A DNA stretch of 61,962 nt, taken from assembly GCA_027339965.1 (NCBI GenBank), contig DAHWNL010000061.1, positions 1-61,962 of the forward strand, in the 5' to 3' direction. This document shows positions 1 through 11,772 of this stretch, in pieces (positions within the stretch are counted from its first letter, which is position 1; the number at the start of each line of letters is the position of its first letter). The notes under the pieces were generated by a model. It saw only the letters and a program-made list of their open reading frames with translations, did not search any database and was not told the origin of the DNA. Source of the stretch: Granulicella sp. GTDB lineage: Bacteria; Acidobacteriota; Terriglobia; Terriglobales; Acidobacteriaceae. Both the position numbers and the translations under genes were made by a program.

Positions 1-1497
1 ATGAGCACCCTGCTCGTCGCTGTCCTGACCGCCTTCGCCATACAGCGCATCATGGTTCGCGCCGGCATCTCCGAGCGCAACGCCACCATCGGTACCCTCG
101 CCCTCGTTCTCTCCCCGCTCTACCTTCTGCTGTCTGTCACCTTCATGAGCGATATCATTGGCCTGTTCGCCGTTGTTACCTGCCTCTACGGTTGCCTGCG
201 AGCCCTCCAGTCCTCCACGCCCAACGCCGCGATCGGCTGGCTCTGCTTCGCGGTTGCGGCCAACTTGGTTTGCGGCACCTCGCGCCAGATCGCATGGCTC
301 GGCGTTCTGGCGATGATCCCTTCCGCGCTGTATGTACTGGGCTCGCGGGGGATTTGGCGCGCAGGCCGGAGAGCCCTGTGGGCCGGCTGGGCCGCGACTG
401 CGACCGGTGCGCTGTTTGTCTTCGCCTGCATGCACTGGTTCGCCCGGCAACCCTTTATCCAGCCCGAGCACCTGCTTCCGGGCGCCTTCCCCCTACCGCA
501 CATTCTGTGGGAGTTCAGCTACAGCGTTCTGGATGCAGCTCTCCTGCTGCTTCCGGTCATCGCTCTGTTCCTGGCTGAAGTTCGGCGGACACGGCTCCGC
601 ACCCTGGCCGCGGTAGCCGTATGCTTCGTCGGCTATACCTTCGTAGCCCTGCATCCCAGCCATCTGCGCAGCACCTTCCCCCTTGAGCCCATCCCTGCGG
701 AGATCGGCGAATGGGTGAATGTGCATGCGATCTACCAGTTCCTCCTCATCAAAGGCGAGCCGCCCATCTTCCTCAACACGGGCACCCAGATCCTGCTGAC
801 GGTGATGTCGTTCGGCGGTCTCCTCGGCCTCTTTGCCTCGTTTCTTCGCCCTCGGCTCACGCCAGCTTCCGTAGACGCCCCCACGCGTACCTCCTGGGCG
901 GAGCTCGCCATTCTCCTGCTTCCGTTTACCATCGCCTACGCCCTTCTCTTGACGCCCCGCGCAGCAACCACGGGGATTCATGATCGCTATCTGCTTAGCC
1001 TGCTCGTCGTCGCTCTGATCTTTCTTGTCCGCTACTACCAGGAGCGCATCCAGCCACGTCTACCCGCCGCAAGCATACTTCTGGTTGCAGTGGTCGCCGT
1101 CTACAGCGTCGCCGTAATCCATAACTTTTTCTCCTTCTATCGAGCCCGCGTGGCCATCGCCTCTGAGATTCGCGCCTCCGGCGTTCCTGACGTCTCCGTC
1201 AACAACGGCTGGGAGTACAACTTCGTCGTCGAACTTCAGCACTCCGACCACATCAACGACCCGCGGATCGTGCTGCCCGCGCACGCCTATGTGAAAACAC
1301 CCCCCCTACCCGCCGACACATGTCCCATGCGATGGCATGACTTTACGCCCCACATCCATCCGATCTACGGCGTCTCCTTTGACCCCAACGCCTGTTATGG
1401 TCCAGCGCCCTTCGCTCCGGTGCACTACTCGCGCTGGCCCTACCGCACGCCTGGAACGCTCTACGTGGTCCGCTATCTGCCGACAGCGAAGAAGTGA
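1..1497 (+). CDS. GT39/ArnT-like (GT-C fold) polytopic membrane glycosyltransferase; probably 5'-truncated by the window edge
   Basis: 498-aa ORF with many hydrophobic helices, TFMSD and RQ motifs and a soluble C-terminal domain. The MSTLLVA start resembles an internal segment of this acidobacterial family, so the true start probably lies upstream. Confidence 0.6.
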   Translation: MSTLLVAVLTAFAIQRIMVRAGISERNATIGTLALVLSPLYLLLSVTFMSDIIGLFAVVTCLYGCLRALQSSTPNAAIGWLCFAVAANLVCGTSRQIAWLGVLAMIPSALYVLGSRGIWRAGRRALWAGWAATATGALFVFACMHWFARQPFIQPEHLLPGAFPLPHILWEFSYSVLDAALLLLPVIALFLAEVRRTRLRTLAAVAVCFVGYTFVALHPSHLRSTFPLEPIPAEIGEWVNVHAIYQFLLIKGEPPIFLNTGTQILLTVMSFGGLLGLFASFLRPRLTPASVDAPTRTSWAELAILLLPFTIAYALLLTPRAATTGIHDRYLLSLLVVALIFLVRYYQERIQPRLPAASILLVAVVAVYSVAVIHNFFSFYRARVAIASEIRASGVPDVSVNNGWEYNFVVELQHSDHINDPRIVLPAHAYVKTPPLPADTCPMRWHDFTPHIHPIYGVSFDPNACYGPAPFAPVHYSRWPYRTPGTLYVVRYLPTAKK

Positions 1498-1793
1498 TGC
1501 TCACTCTGACGCAGCCCACGTCTTGAGCAGACACGCTGCAGTCTTACCCCATACGCTGATGCGATAGAGGACTTATCTCGGCGGCTCTGCAACTGGCTCC
1601 CAAGTTCCGGCTTCCAACGCTGTTCCGCGGCCTGACACCGCTGCTGCGCGCGCTGCCGCGCCATCCGATTGTCACGGCGGGCATTTCCTTCGGCGGCCAA
1701 TACTCGGTAACTGCGATCAAATTGGCAGGTACAGGTCCACTCCCATCCGTCTCACCGCGCCTCCCTCAATTCCAGCGCCTGCTGCCGCGGAGC

Positions 1794-3060
1794 TCAGTGC
1801 AGGTCCAGCTTCATCGGCCCTTCCGGAGCGGTGGGCGGCGGTAGGTGAAGGTGACGCAAGGTCCGTGCGACATCCAGGTAACCGGGTCTTTCTCCGTGGT
1901 CGCCAACGGCCGGCAGCATCCATGTGGTCGCGTACAAAAGCACTGCCGACCACGCTGCCGCATGAATCCAGGGATTGCGGCGCCTCGCCGCCCCCGCCTG
2001 TCTCGCAACAGCCACCACCCGATTGGAAATCAGCATCACCATAAGCATCAGGCGGATCGCCTGTATGTGGATCCAGCGTCCCCAGTCCAGCCCGCAATAA
2101 AACAGGAGCCCCGTAGCCGGCAGCGACGCCAGCGCCCACCCAAGCACCGTGCCCACCTCAAAGCGCAACCTTTCGTGTCGACAAAACAGCGCTAACTGCC
2201 CAATCAGCGGCACAAAAGTGGGAATCGCCAGCAGGCAGAAAAGCCGAACCAGGCCCCACTGTCGAATCATGGGCGCAATCATCATGCGCGCCTGGAAGAG
2301 GCTCAGCGGCAGGAATTGGATAGCTCCACTGCAGATATCGTTGCTCGGCAAACGCGTCCCAGGTCTGACAAACGGTCCCAGCGTCCCGCCCACTGAACTG
2401 CAAATCGTCTGCGCCACAGCTAAATCTCCGTGGCGGAGCAAAGCCGCCAGAAATGCCGCTCCGCCCAGAGCCAGCGGCGCCGCACAGATTCTCAAAGCCC
2501 TCCGAGGGCTGTTTGTCTGGATCGCTACAGCCGCAAAGAAACGGGGGGACTCCAATCATCAGAGCCTCATGCGAGAGAGCCAGCCCAACCAGCATCAGGC
2601 TCAACATGGCGCTCAGCTGCCAGTCTTTCAGCCTGCTGGATAGAAGCACGCACAACGCGAATGCCGATGCGGCAAACAGCAGAATTTCTTTCCGGAGGCC
2701 GGAGGCATAGGGGTCCATGACCGTAAAGGTCAGCGTCGCAGGCGACAACAGCACCGCTGTCATCAGATACGACCAGCGAATTCCCTTTGACAATCTGTAC
2801 ACGCAGGTCAGGAACAACAGAAAGATGCTCACCTGCATCGCAAATACCACCCACGCCAGCGGAACTTCCGTCATGTCGTGTCCTATCAGCGCCAGCGCAC
2901 TGGTCAGGCCACGGCGGACAAACCCGCCGCTGTAATTGATCAGTCAGTCCCCAAGAATGTATGGGTTGTTTTCACGCAACATCAACGCGTTAAACCCTAT
3001 CGAATACAAGGCGATGAACAACAGGTAGAGTGCAAAGAACGTGCGCTCTATTCCGGACGG
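1794..3060 (-). pseudogene. Disrupted polytopic membrane protein (DWLINYxGGFVRRGL family)
   Basis: Minus strand reads ...NPYILGD*LINYSGGFVRRGL... with an in-frame TGA at 2944-2946, in frame with ORF 2158-2874 (RKEIL, LSHEAL). A frameshift near the G6 run at 2543-2548 continues into ORF 1794-2555 (DWGRW). Start not identified. Confidence 0.75.
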
Positions 3061-3399
3061 CTCTGCTTGACCGCATCGTCCCGTTGACAGCGTGGATCAC
3101 GTTGCTCCGTCCCATTCAGCGCCGTCCCTTCAACCGGGGCGCGATAACCAGCGGGCAACGCAGGACACTCCGAAGGCGTACGCCGGTCATTCCCGCACCT
3201 TCAATTCCGCTGCCCGGCCCGCTTCCGTGCGGCTGTCCACCGCCATAAACAAGTTTGGTGGCGCCTGCCCGAGCCCATACGCTGTTAATCCCCTCCTTTC
3301 TATCACAACCCATTCGGGCCCCCGTAGCCACACCGAAACGTGGGTCTGTGGCCACTAGGATCGGATTCGCAACACCACGCCGTCAGAGCTGTGACCGGC

Positions 3400-4950
3400 C
3401 TATGGAATCCGTTGGTAGACGTCGAAAAATCTGCCGCTGAACTGTAACCGGTAGTGTGACCACTCCGCAGCGAAGCTCCGCGACTCCAGAAACCACTGCA
3501 GCAGATCAAAGCTCATAGCGCCGAGGGCCTGGCAGGGAACCGCGGGACTGCAGTACTCCACGATGACAAATCTGGGCTTCCATCTGCGCAGGTCTTCGGA
3601 GGCATTGGACCTCTGCATGACGGCCAACTCGCGCACTCGGACCGGTGGAAGAGTCTTGCGCGCCGGAGCGCCACCGGAGAGAGCGCGTTCGTTCTCTACG
3701 ATTGCCGGAAGCAACCAAAGGTGGGCGTAGCGGCTTCCCCAAACAAGGCGATTCTGAAAGATATCGGTGAATCCACCAAGGCTGGTCGAAAAGACGTAGA
3801 CCGGGGTCTGCGGCGGGTATTGCGCCAGCAAATAGGAGAGCGGCGATCTATATTTCTCCGCCAGCAGAAGCTGACGCCGCTCGCGGGCGTGGAACGCGGG
3901 GAGCGAAACGGCCACAAGAACAAGCGCCAGGCCGGCAAAGACCAGAGTGCGGGGGGCTGTGGGCTCCGCCACGGTTGAAAGCAGATCGAGCGCCATCCAT
4001 CCAAGCGCACAATAAAGAAGGGCCTCCGACGGGAATAGGTGATAGGCCCAGGCCGTGCCCTGGATGCAATACGCGAGCCCGGCGCCAAGACCCGCAGCCA
4101 GAAGAGCGAGGGGCGCGGCAGGATGCTTGAGGTATCTCCCGACGCCTAACCAGATAACCAAGGTCAGCCAAACCCTCCAGTCCAGCAATACGGAGCGAAG
4201 GAGCACGAGCTTACTGGTATCCGCATAAGCCCAGTAGGTGTCCTTCAGGAGTGGGACCATCTGGCTGTAATAGCTTGTAGCCAGAGCGACAGCAAGGACG
4301 TAGGCGCAGACCGTGAGTGCGGTTGCAAAAAGCTCGGCGCGCTTCAAGCGGTGCAGATCACGGGTCCACAGCAGGAGGAGAAGCTCGGCGGCGGCAAGAA
4401 GGAGTATCTGCTGGGGTTTGACGCAGATGCCGCAGCCGGCGGCCACGCCAAGCGCAATACGTTCCGCCAGGCCGAGTTTCAGTTTGGATCCGCACGCTGC
4501 ATAGATCAGGTAGGGCAACACCAGGATGACCACAAGCTGCTCGCGCTGGCCAAACTGGCCATAGCCGAGCAGATCGCGTGAAACCTCCACAGCGGCCACA
4601 GCGCAGAAGCTGAGGCCAAGCAGCAGCGGCGATGCGGCAAGCTTTGCAGCATACAGAATTCGCGCACACCACGCAGCGCCAGCGCAGACCATCGCCGCCA
4701 CAAGGATCTTCAGAATCAGGAGCGGCGAAAGAGGAAGCCACCGTGCCAGAAGATCGGGAATCACAGAGAGCCAGACGATCAGGGGCGGATTTGTCTCTGT
4801 GATGCTTGGGCTATAAAGCCGTGCTCCAGCCAACGCGCGGTCGGCCACGTAGAGAAGCCATGCTGAGTCCGAGCCCGGACGAGCGTAGAGAAGGCAACTG
4901 AGCGCATAGTCAAACAGCAGGGCAACAGCCACGGACATTCCGAAGAGCAA
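3400..4950 (-). CDS. Polytopic membrane protein, putative GT-C-type glycosyltransferase
   Basis: 516-aa ORF with DSAWLLY, ETNPPL, FGQREQ and IC-VKP motifs, many TM segments and a periplasmic C-terminus. Start uncertain (TTG 4950 or ATG 4938). Confidence 0.55.
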   Translation of the reverse strand: MLFGMSVAVALLFDYALSCLLYARPGSDSAWLLYVADRALAGARLYSPSITETNPPLIVWLSVIPDLLARWLPLSPLLILKILVAAMVCAGAAWCARILYAAKLAASPLLLGLSFCAVAAVEVSRDLLGYGQFGQREQLVVILVLPYLIYAACGSKLKLGLAERIALGVAAGCGICVKPQQILLLAAAELLLLLWTRDLHRLKRAELFATALTVCAYVLAVALATSYYSQMVPLLKDTYWAYADTSKLVLLRSVLLDWRVWLTLVIWLGVGRYLKHPAAPLALLAAGLGAGLAYCIQGTAWAYHLFPSEALLYCALGWMALDLLSTVAEPTAPRTLVFAGLALVLVAVSLPAFHARERRQLLLAEKYRSPLSYLLAQYPPQTPVYVFSTSLGGFTDIFQNRLVWGSRYAHLWLLPAIVENERALSGGAPARKTLPPVRVRELAVMQRSNASEDLRRWKPRFVIVEYCSPAVPCQALGAMSFDLLQWFLESRSFAAEWSHYRLQFSGRFFDVYQRIP

Positions 4951-5167
4951 GAGAAGCCGCAGCCAGGTAGAGCTGGCAGCCCAGCATGGGTGTGGTGTTG
5001 CCGTTGTAGAAGATATGCCCGGTAACGGCGAGCTTCTGCGCCATCAGAATGTAGGGGCCGTCGTCGCAGATGCCCATGCTGGCTTAGGGGAGGCTGGCGA
5101 GCGCGCAGGCGAGGACAGCGAAGGCACAGAAGAGCGCGGGCAGGCGAAGACGGCGGACGAGTTGCAA
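4910..5167 (-). pseudogene. N-terminal fragment of a GT39-like gene (likely paralog of the gene at 1-1497)
   Basis: GGAGG then TTG at 5167; reads LQLVRRLRLPALFCAFAVLACALASLP*ASMGICDDGPYILMAQKLAVTGHIFYNGNTTPMLGCQLYLAAA with TAA at 5084-5086. Resemblance ends at about 4958. Confidence 0.7.
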
Positions 5168-5303
5168 GGAGCCTCCAGATCTTTGCTTGGGTGAACGCGT
5201 GGTGCTCAGCAAGGGTCGGGCGCATTCGTCAGCGGGATCGGATTCAGGGTAGCAGAGTCGGTTTGCGGGCTTCGCCCTGGACAGCGTCCTTCGCGCTGGA
5301 TGG

Positions 5304-7940
<2,637 letters not shown>

Positions 7941-8104
7941 GCTCCTTCTCCTCTGCGGCGCTTGCTTGAGCTGACGCCGTCAACATGCTAACTCTTTGGC
8001 GATGCTTCTCCAGGGGGTTTCAGCGTCTGGGTCCGGCTGGGGTCGGACTGCTCGAAGAGCTTCAGAGTCCGATCCAAAGACGGAGCGGCCTGTTGCGCAA
8101 AGAC

Positions 8105-8146
8105 AAAAAGGGGGCGAATCCGATGGTGCTTTCGGGATCCGCCCCC
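8105..8146 (-). terminator. Probable intrinsic terminator between hsp20 and clpB
   Basis: Minus strand GGGGGCGGATCC...GGATTCGCCCCC followed by TTTTT. Confidence 0.6.
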
Positions 8147-8470
8147 AGTCTCGCAACTGCAACAGATCTCCACTGCAACAGATCTCCGCACGCTGACGGA
8201 GTTGCCTCGAGGCCGCTGGCGGCCGCGGAATAGAGCGGGCGACCGGACAGGTTCTGCTGCCTGGGCAAGCTCTTCCACCCCAGCCGGTGCGGCGGCTTGA
8301 CCGGCATCTCCCCCGCAAGCAGCGCTCCCGAGCAACCAGGTTAGGGGGTTGCGGCGGGCGCGTTGCGGGGGGGTGGAACCGGGCGGGATGCCTGGCATCG
8401 CACCGCTGCGGGCTGCCGGGTACAGCGGCTCCGCGGAGGTTCGGATCCGCGCCCCGCCCAACTTCAGGTC

Positions 8471-8968
8471 TCAAGCCTTGGTCTTGGCCTCGACCTGCTT
8501 CTGCGCGGCCGGGGTCACCTGGATCTGAATCTGCTTCGGCTGGGCCTCCGGCTTCTTGGCGAAGGAGATGCTAAGCACGCCATCGGCGCTGCTGGCCTCC
8601 ACCTGCTCCGTGTTGAGGGTGGAGGGGAGGGTGAAGCTGCGCAGGAAGCTGCCATAGCGGCGCTCGATGCGATGGAAGTTCTCCTCTTTCTCCTCGTTCT
8701 CAAACTTGCGTTCACCCTTCACCGTCAGCGTCCGCCCCTCGACGCGGATGTCCAAAGCTTCCCTGGGAATGCCCGGAACTTCGAACTTCAGAACCAGCTT
8801 TTCAGCGTCCTCATAGACATCCACAGCCGGCACAAAGCTCCCGGCCATGAGGGACTCGGTTCCTTCGCTGGGACGGGAGAAGTCCTGGAAGATGGAGTTC
8901 AAGCGATTCTGAAGCAGGGCGATGTCATTCAATCCACTGCGAAATGGGGTCAAGCTTGTCAACGTCAT
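8471..8968 (-). CDS. Hsp20/alpha-crystallin small heat shock protein
   Basis: PAVDVYE, ERRYGSFLRSFTLP, DGVLSI and C-terminal IQI motifs; ATG 8968 preceded by AAGGAG. Confidence 0.95.
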   Translation of the reverse strand: MTLTSLTPFRSGLNDIALLQNRLNSIFQDFSRPSEGTESLMAGSFVPAVDVYEDAEKLVLKFEVPGIPREALDIRVEGRTLTVKGERKFENEEKEENFHRIERRYGSFLRSFTLPSTLNTEQVEASSADGVLSISFAKKPEAQPKQIQIQVTPAAQKQVEAKTKA

Positions 8969-9288
8969 AGCCAATATCTCCTTGAAAGATTTCTCAGGTT
9001 CGAGAGTCCTCACCCGGCAGGGCCTCTGCGGCCTCTTCCGAACCCGATACCAGTATAGACGCAATCATAGTGATTTGGTTGCATAAAAAATGATAAAAAG
9101 TCACTCAGATAAAATTCATAGAAAGTCGCTAATATTTTGTCGCAGGCTTTCCAGATGGCAGGACCGGCGGGTGGGCCATCCCGGAGACTGCCCCCGGCCC
9201 CCAGGACCGGTACACTCATCTGCGGAGGTGATCTCGCTTCTCCATGTCCTCTTTTTCTTCTCGGTCCTCTTTTTCTTCTCATTTCTTG

Positions 9289-11190
9289 ATGCCGTCATTT
9301 CTTGCCGCCATCCGGGCGCTTCCCCCTGCTTCTGTCTCCGGGCGGCTGCTCTGCCTGCCGCTGGCCTTTATGGCCGCCGAATCCTTGTTCGCCCAGGTTC
9401 CGGCGAACTATCTGAACGAACAGCCGGTTCGCGCTCCCCACGCGATGGTGGTCAGCATCCACCACGACGCCACCGACGCCGGCGTACAGATCCTGCGGGA
9501 GGGCGGGAACGCGGTGGATGCGGCAGTGGCCGTCGGTTACGCCCTGGCGGTGGTGTATCCCGAGGCGGGCAACATCGGCGGAGGCGGGTTCATGCTGATC
9601 CGCCCCTCTTCGAACCAGCTCAATAGAGGACAGCCGGTCTTCCTGGACTACCGGGAGGAGGCTCCCGGCTCAGCCAGCGCCAATATGTATCTGGACCGGG
9701 CCGGCAACGTCATCCCCAAGATGTCCATCACTGGGTTTCACGCCTCCGGGGTTCCGGGCACGGTGGCTGGACTGACCTATGCCGAGCAGCACTTTGGCCG
9801 CCTGGGGCTGGCAAAGGTAATGGCCCCGGCCATCCGCCTGGCGAGAGACGGCTTTGTGCTGCCTGCCCAGGAGGCTGGCGACCTGCATGCGGCCAACCTG
9901 ACGCAGTTTGCGGCCTCGCGGCGCATCTTCCAGCGCAACGGCAACTTCTACGAGCCGGGCGAGCTCTTCCGCCAGCCGCAACTGGCGGCGACGCTGGAGC
10001 GCATCGCGCGGGATCCGGCGAGCTTCTATCACGGCAAAATGGCCGCGCAGATCGCTGCCTTCGAGGCCGCCAACGGCGGCATGATCACCGCCCAGGATCT
10101 GGCCCGCTACCGGGTGCGGGAGCGCACGCCGCTGCTGGGCCACTATCGCGGCCTGGAGGTGTTGACGGCACCGCCGCCGAGCTCGGGGGGCATCGTGCTG
10201 ATCGAGATCCTGAACATGCTGAGCGGCTACAACCTTCCCAGCCTGGGAGCGGACCGCTCTGCTGGCCAGATCCATTTGATCGTAGAGGCCTTTCGGCGCG
10301 CCTACATGGACCGCAGCGACTACCTGGGAGACCCGGACTTCAACCGCATGCCGCTGGAGCAGATGGCCTCGCCGGCCTATGCGGCTGCCTGGCGCAAGAC
10401 CATCGACCCCTTCTATCCCACCCCCTCAGCCGAGCTCGTCCGCCCCGCGGGATTTCTGCCCACGGCTTCCACTCCGCTTCAGCCGCAGTTGGAGTCCAAG
10501 GAGACGACGCACTTCTCGATTGTGGATGCGCAGGGGAACGCTGTGTCCAGCACCTACACCTTGAACTTCGGCTTTGGCTCCGGGGTGACGGTGGACCCGC
10601 TGGGCTTTCTGCTGAACGACGAGATGGATGACTTCACCTCCAAGGTGGGCGTGCCCAACGCCTATGGCTTGATCCAGAGCTCGGCCAACGCCATTGCGCC
10701 GGGCAAGCGGCCACTGTCCGCGATGACTCCGACGATCGTCAGCAATCCGCCGGTGTGCCCGGCAGCGGCAGCGCCCGCTGCCAGGCGGCAGATCTCCAGC
10801 GTGTACTATCTTCCTCTGCCGGCTGGCTGCACACCGGGCAAGCTGCGACTGGTGCTGGGCTCGCCGGGAGGCTCAACCATCATGACCACTGTGGCCAACG
10901 ACCTGATCAGTGTGGTGGATAACCATCTGAACATCCAGGCGGCGGCCGATGCTCCCCGCTTCCATCATCAGTACCTGCCGGACATTCTGCAGTTCGAGAA
11001 GGCCTTCCCCGTCGCCACCGTGGATGCGATGAAGGCGCGCGGCTACACCACGCGCCGCGCCGCGGAGTTCGATGAGAAATCCGCTGGGGTGTGGGGAGAC
11101 AGCGAGCTGATCGAGGTGGATCCGGCCGGCGGCGAACTGCTGGGCGGCCACGACCATCGCCACAGCTTCGGCAAGGCTGCCGGGTACTGA
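9289..11190 (+). CDS. ggt: Gamma-glutamyltransferase
   Basis: GGNAVDAAVA, GNIGGGGF, ETTHFS (Thr nucleophile), LNDEMDDF, PLSAM, GSPGG. Start uncertain (9244/9289). Confidence 0.95.
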   Translation: MPSFLAAIRALPPASVSGRLLCLPLAFMAAESLFAQVPANYLNEQPVRAPHAMVVSIHHDATDAGVQILREGGNAVDAAVAVGYALAVVYPEAGNIGGGGFMLIRPSSNQLNRGQPVFLDYREEAPGSASANMYLDRAGNVIPKMSITGFHASGVPGTVAGLTYAEQHFGRLGLAKVMAPAIRLARDGFVLPAQEAGDLHAANLTQFAASRRIFQRNGNFYEPGELFRQPQLAATLERIARDPASFYHGKMAAQIAAFEAANGGMITAQDLARYRVRERTPLLGHYRGLEVLTAPPPSSGGIVLIEILNMLSGYNLPSLGADRSAGQIHLIVEAFRRAYMDRSDYLGDPDFNRMPLEQMASPAYAAAWRKTIDPFYPTPSAELVRPAGFLPTASTPLQPQLESKETTHFSIVDAQGNAVSSTYTLNFGFGSGVTVDPLGFLLNDEMDDFTSKVGVPNAYGLIQSSANAIAPGKRPLSAMTPTIVSNPPVCPAAAAPAARRQISSVYYLPLPAGCTPGKLRLVLGSPGGSTIMTTVANDLISVVDNHLNIQAAADAPRFHHQYLPDILQFEKAFPVATVDAMKARGYTTRRAAEFDEKSAGVWGDSELIEVDPAGGELLGGHDHRHSFGKAAGY

Positions 11191-11705
11191 CGGGAAAAAC
11201 CGCTCGACTCGGACCAGGCCCGCAAACGGTTCAGGGAGAATGAGCGGCCTTTATACCTCCAACTCTGGCTTGGAGGGAGGGGGCAGAGATCGGTGCGCAG
11301 CCCTCCGCTTTGCAGTAAAGCCAGATCATGCTGCCTTGGCACGCCGGATCTTCCATGCAAGCGCTTCTCGACCGTTACAATCGACTTCCCGATGCCGGGA
11401 CCCCATCGGGCTCCCTCAACCGGGATGGAGGAAAAGCGCCACAGCCAGCCCGCTCCGGTAGATTCCTCGGCCAGGGAAGATGCTCCGAGGAGAAGTTCGC
11501 TGCGATGCCTGCCGATCCTTGCGCCTCGCGCAACCGGTGGAGGCACCCGGCGCATGATGCGTCACTCGCGGCTCTGCTATGCGTCACTCCCGGCTCTGAG
11601 TGGCGACCACGTCACACGCCTTTCCTCTTCTCCGGCTTGGCGTGGATCGCTCGGACTCTACCGCTCCACGCACTTCTCTCTCTTTTCGGTTCGCTTGGTT
11701 CCTGA

Positions 11706-11768
11706 CTCTTGGTTCTCGGTTCTTGGCTCTCGGCTCTTGGTTCTTGGCTCCCGGCCTTCGGCTCTCGG
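11706..11768. repeat. Tandem heptamer repeat (9 x ~YTCTYGG)
   Basis: ctcttgg ttctcgg ttcttgg ctctcgg ctcttgg ttcttgg ctcccgg ccttcgg ctctcgg, immediately downstream of the glyA stop. Confidence 0.9.
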
Positions 11769-11772
11769 CTTT

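Noticed and set aside
7965..7985. CTTGAG..TCAA as a second HAIR site before clpB
   Set aside because: Half-site spacing is one base short of consensus and the right arm is weak.
7988..8461. 157-aa ORF between hsp20 and clpB
   Set aside because: No motif, low-complexity composition, and it spans a terminator-like hairpin and a 16-bp duplication.
11706..11768. CRISPR array (also considered for repeats at 54695 and 58019)
   Set aside because: Units are short and contiguous with no unique spacers; no cas genes in the window.
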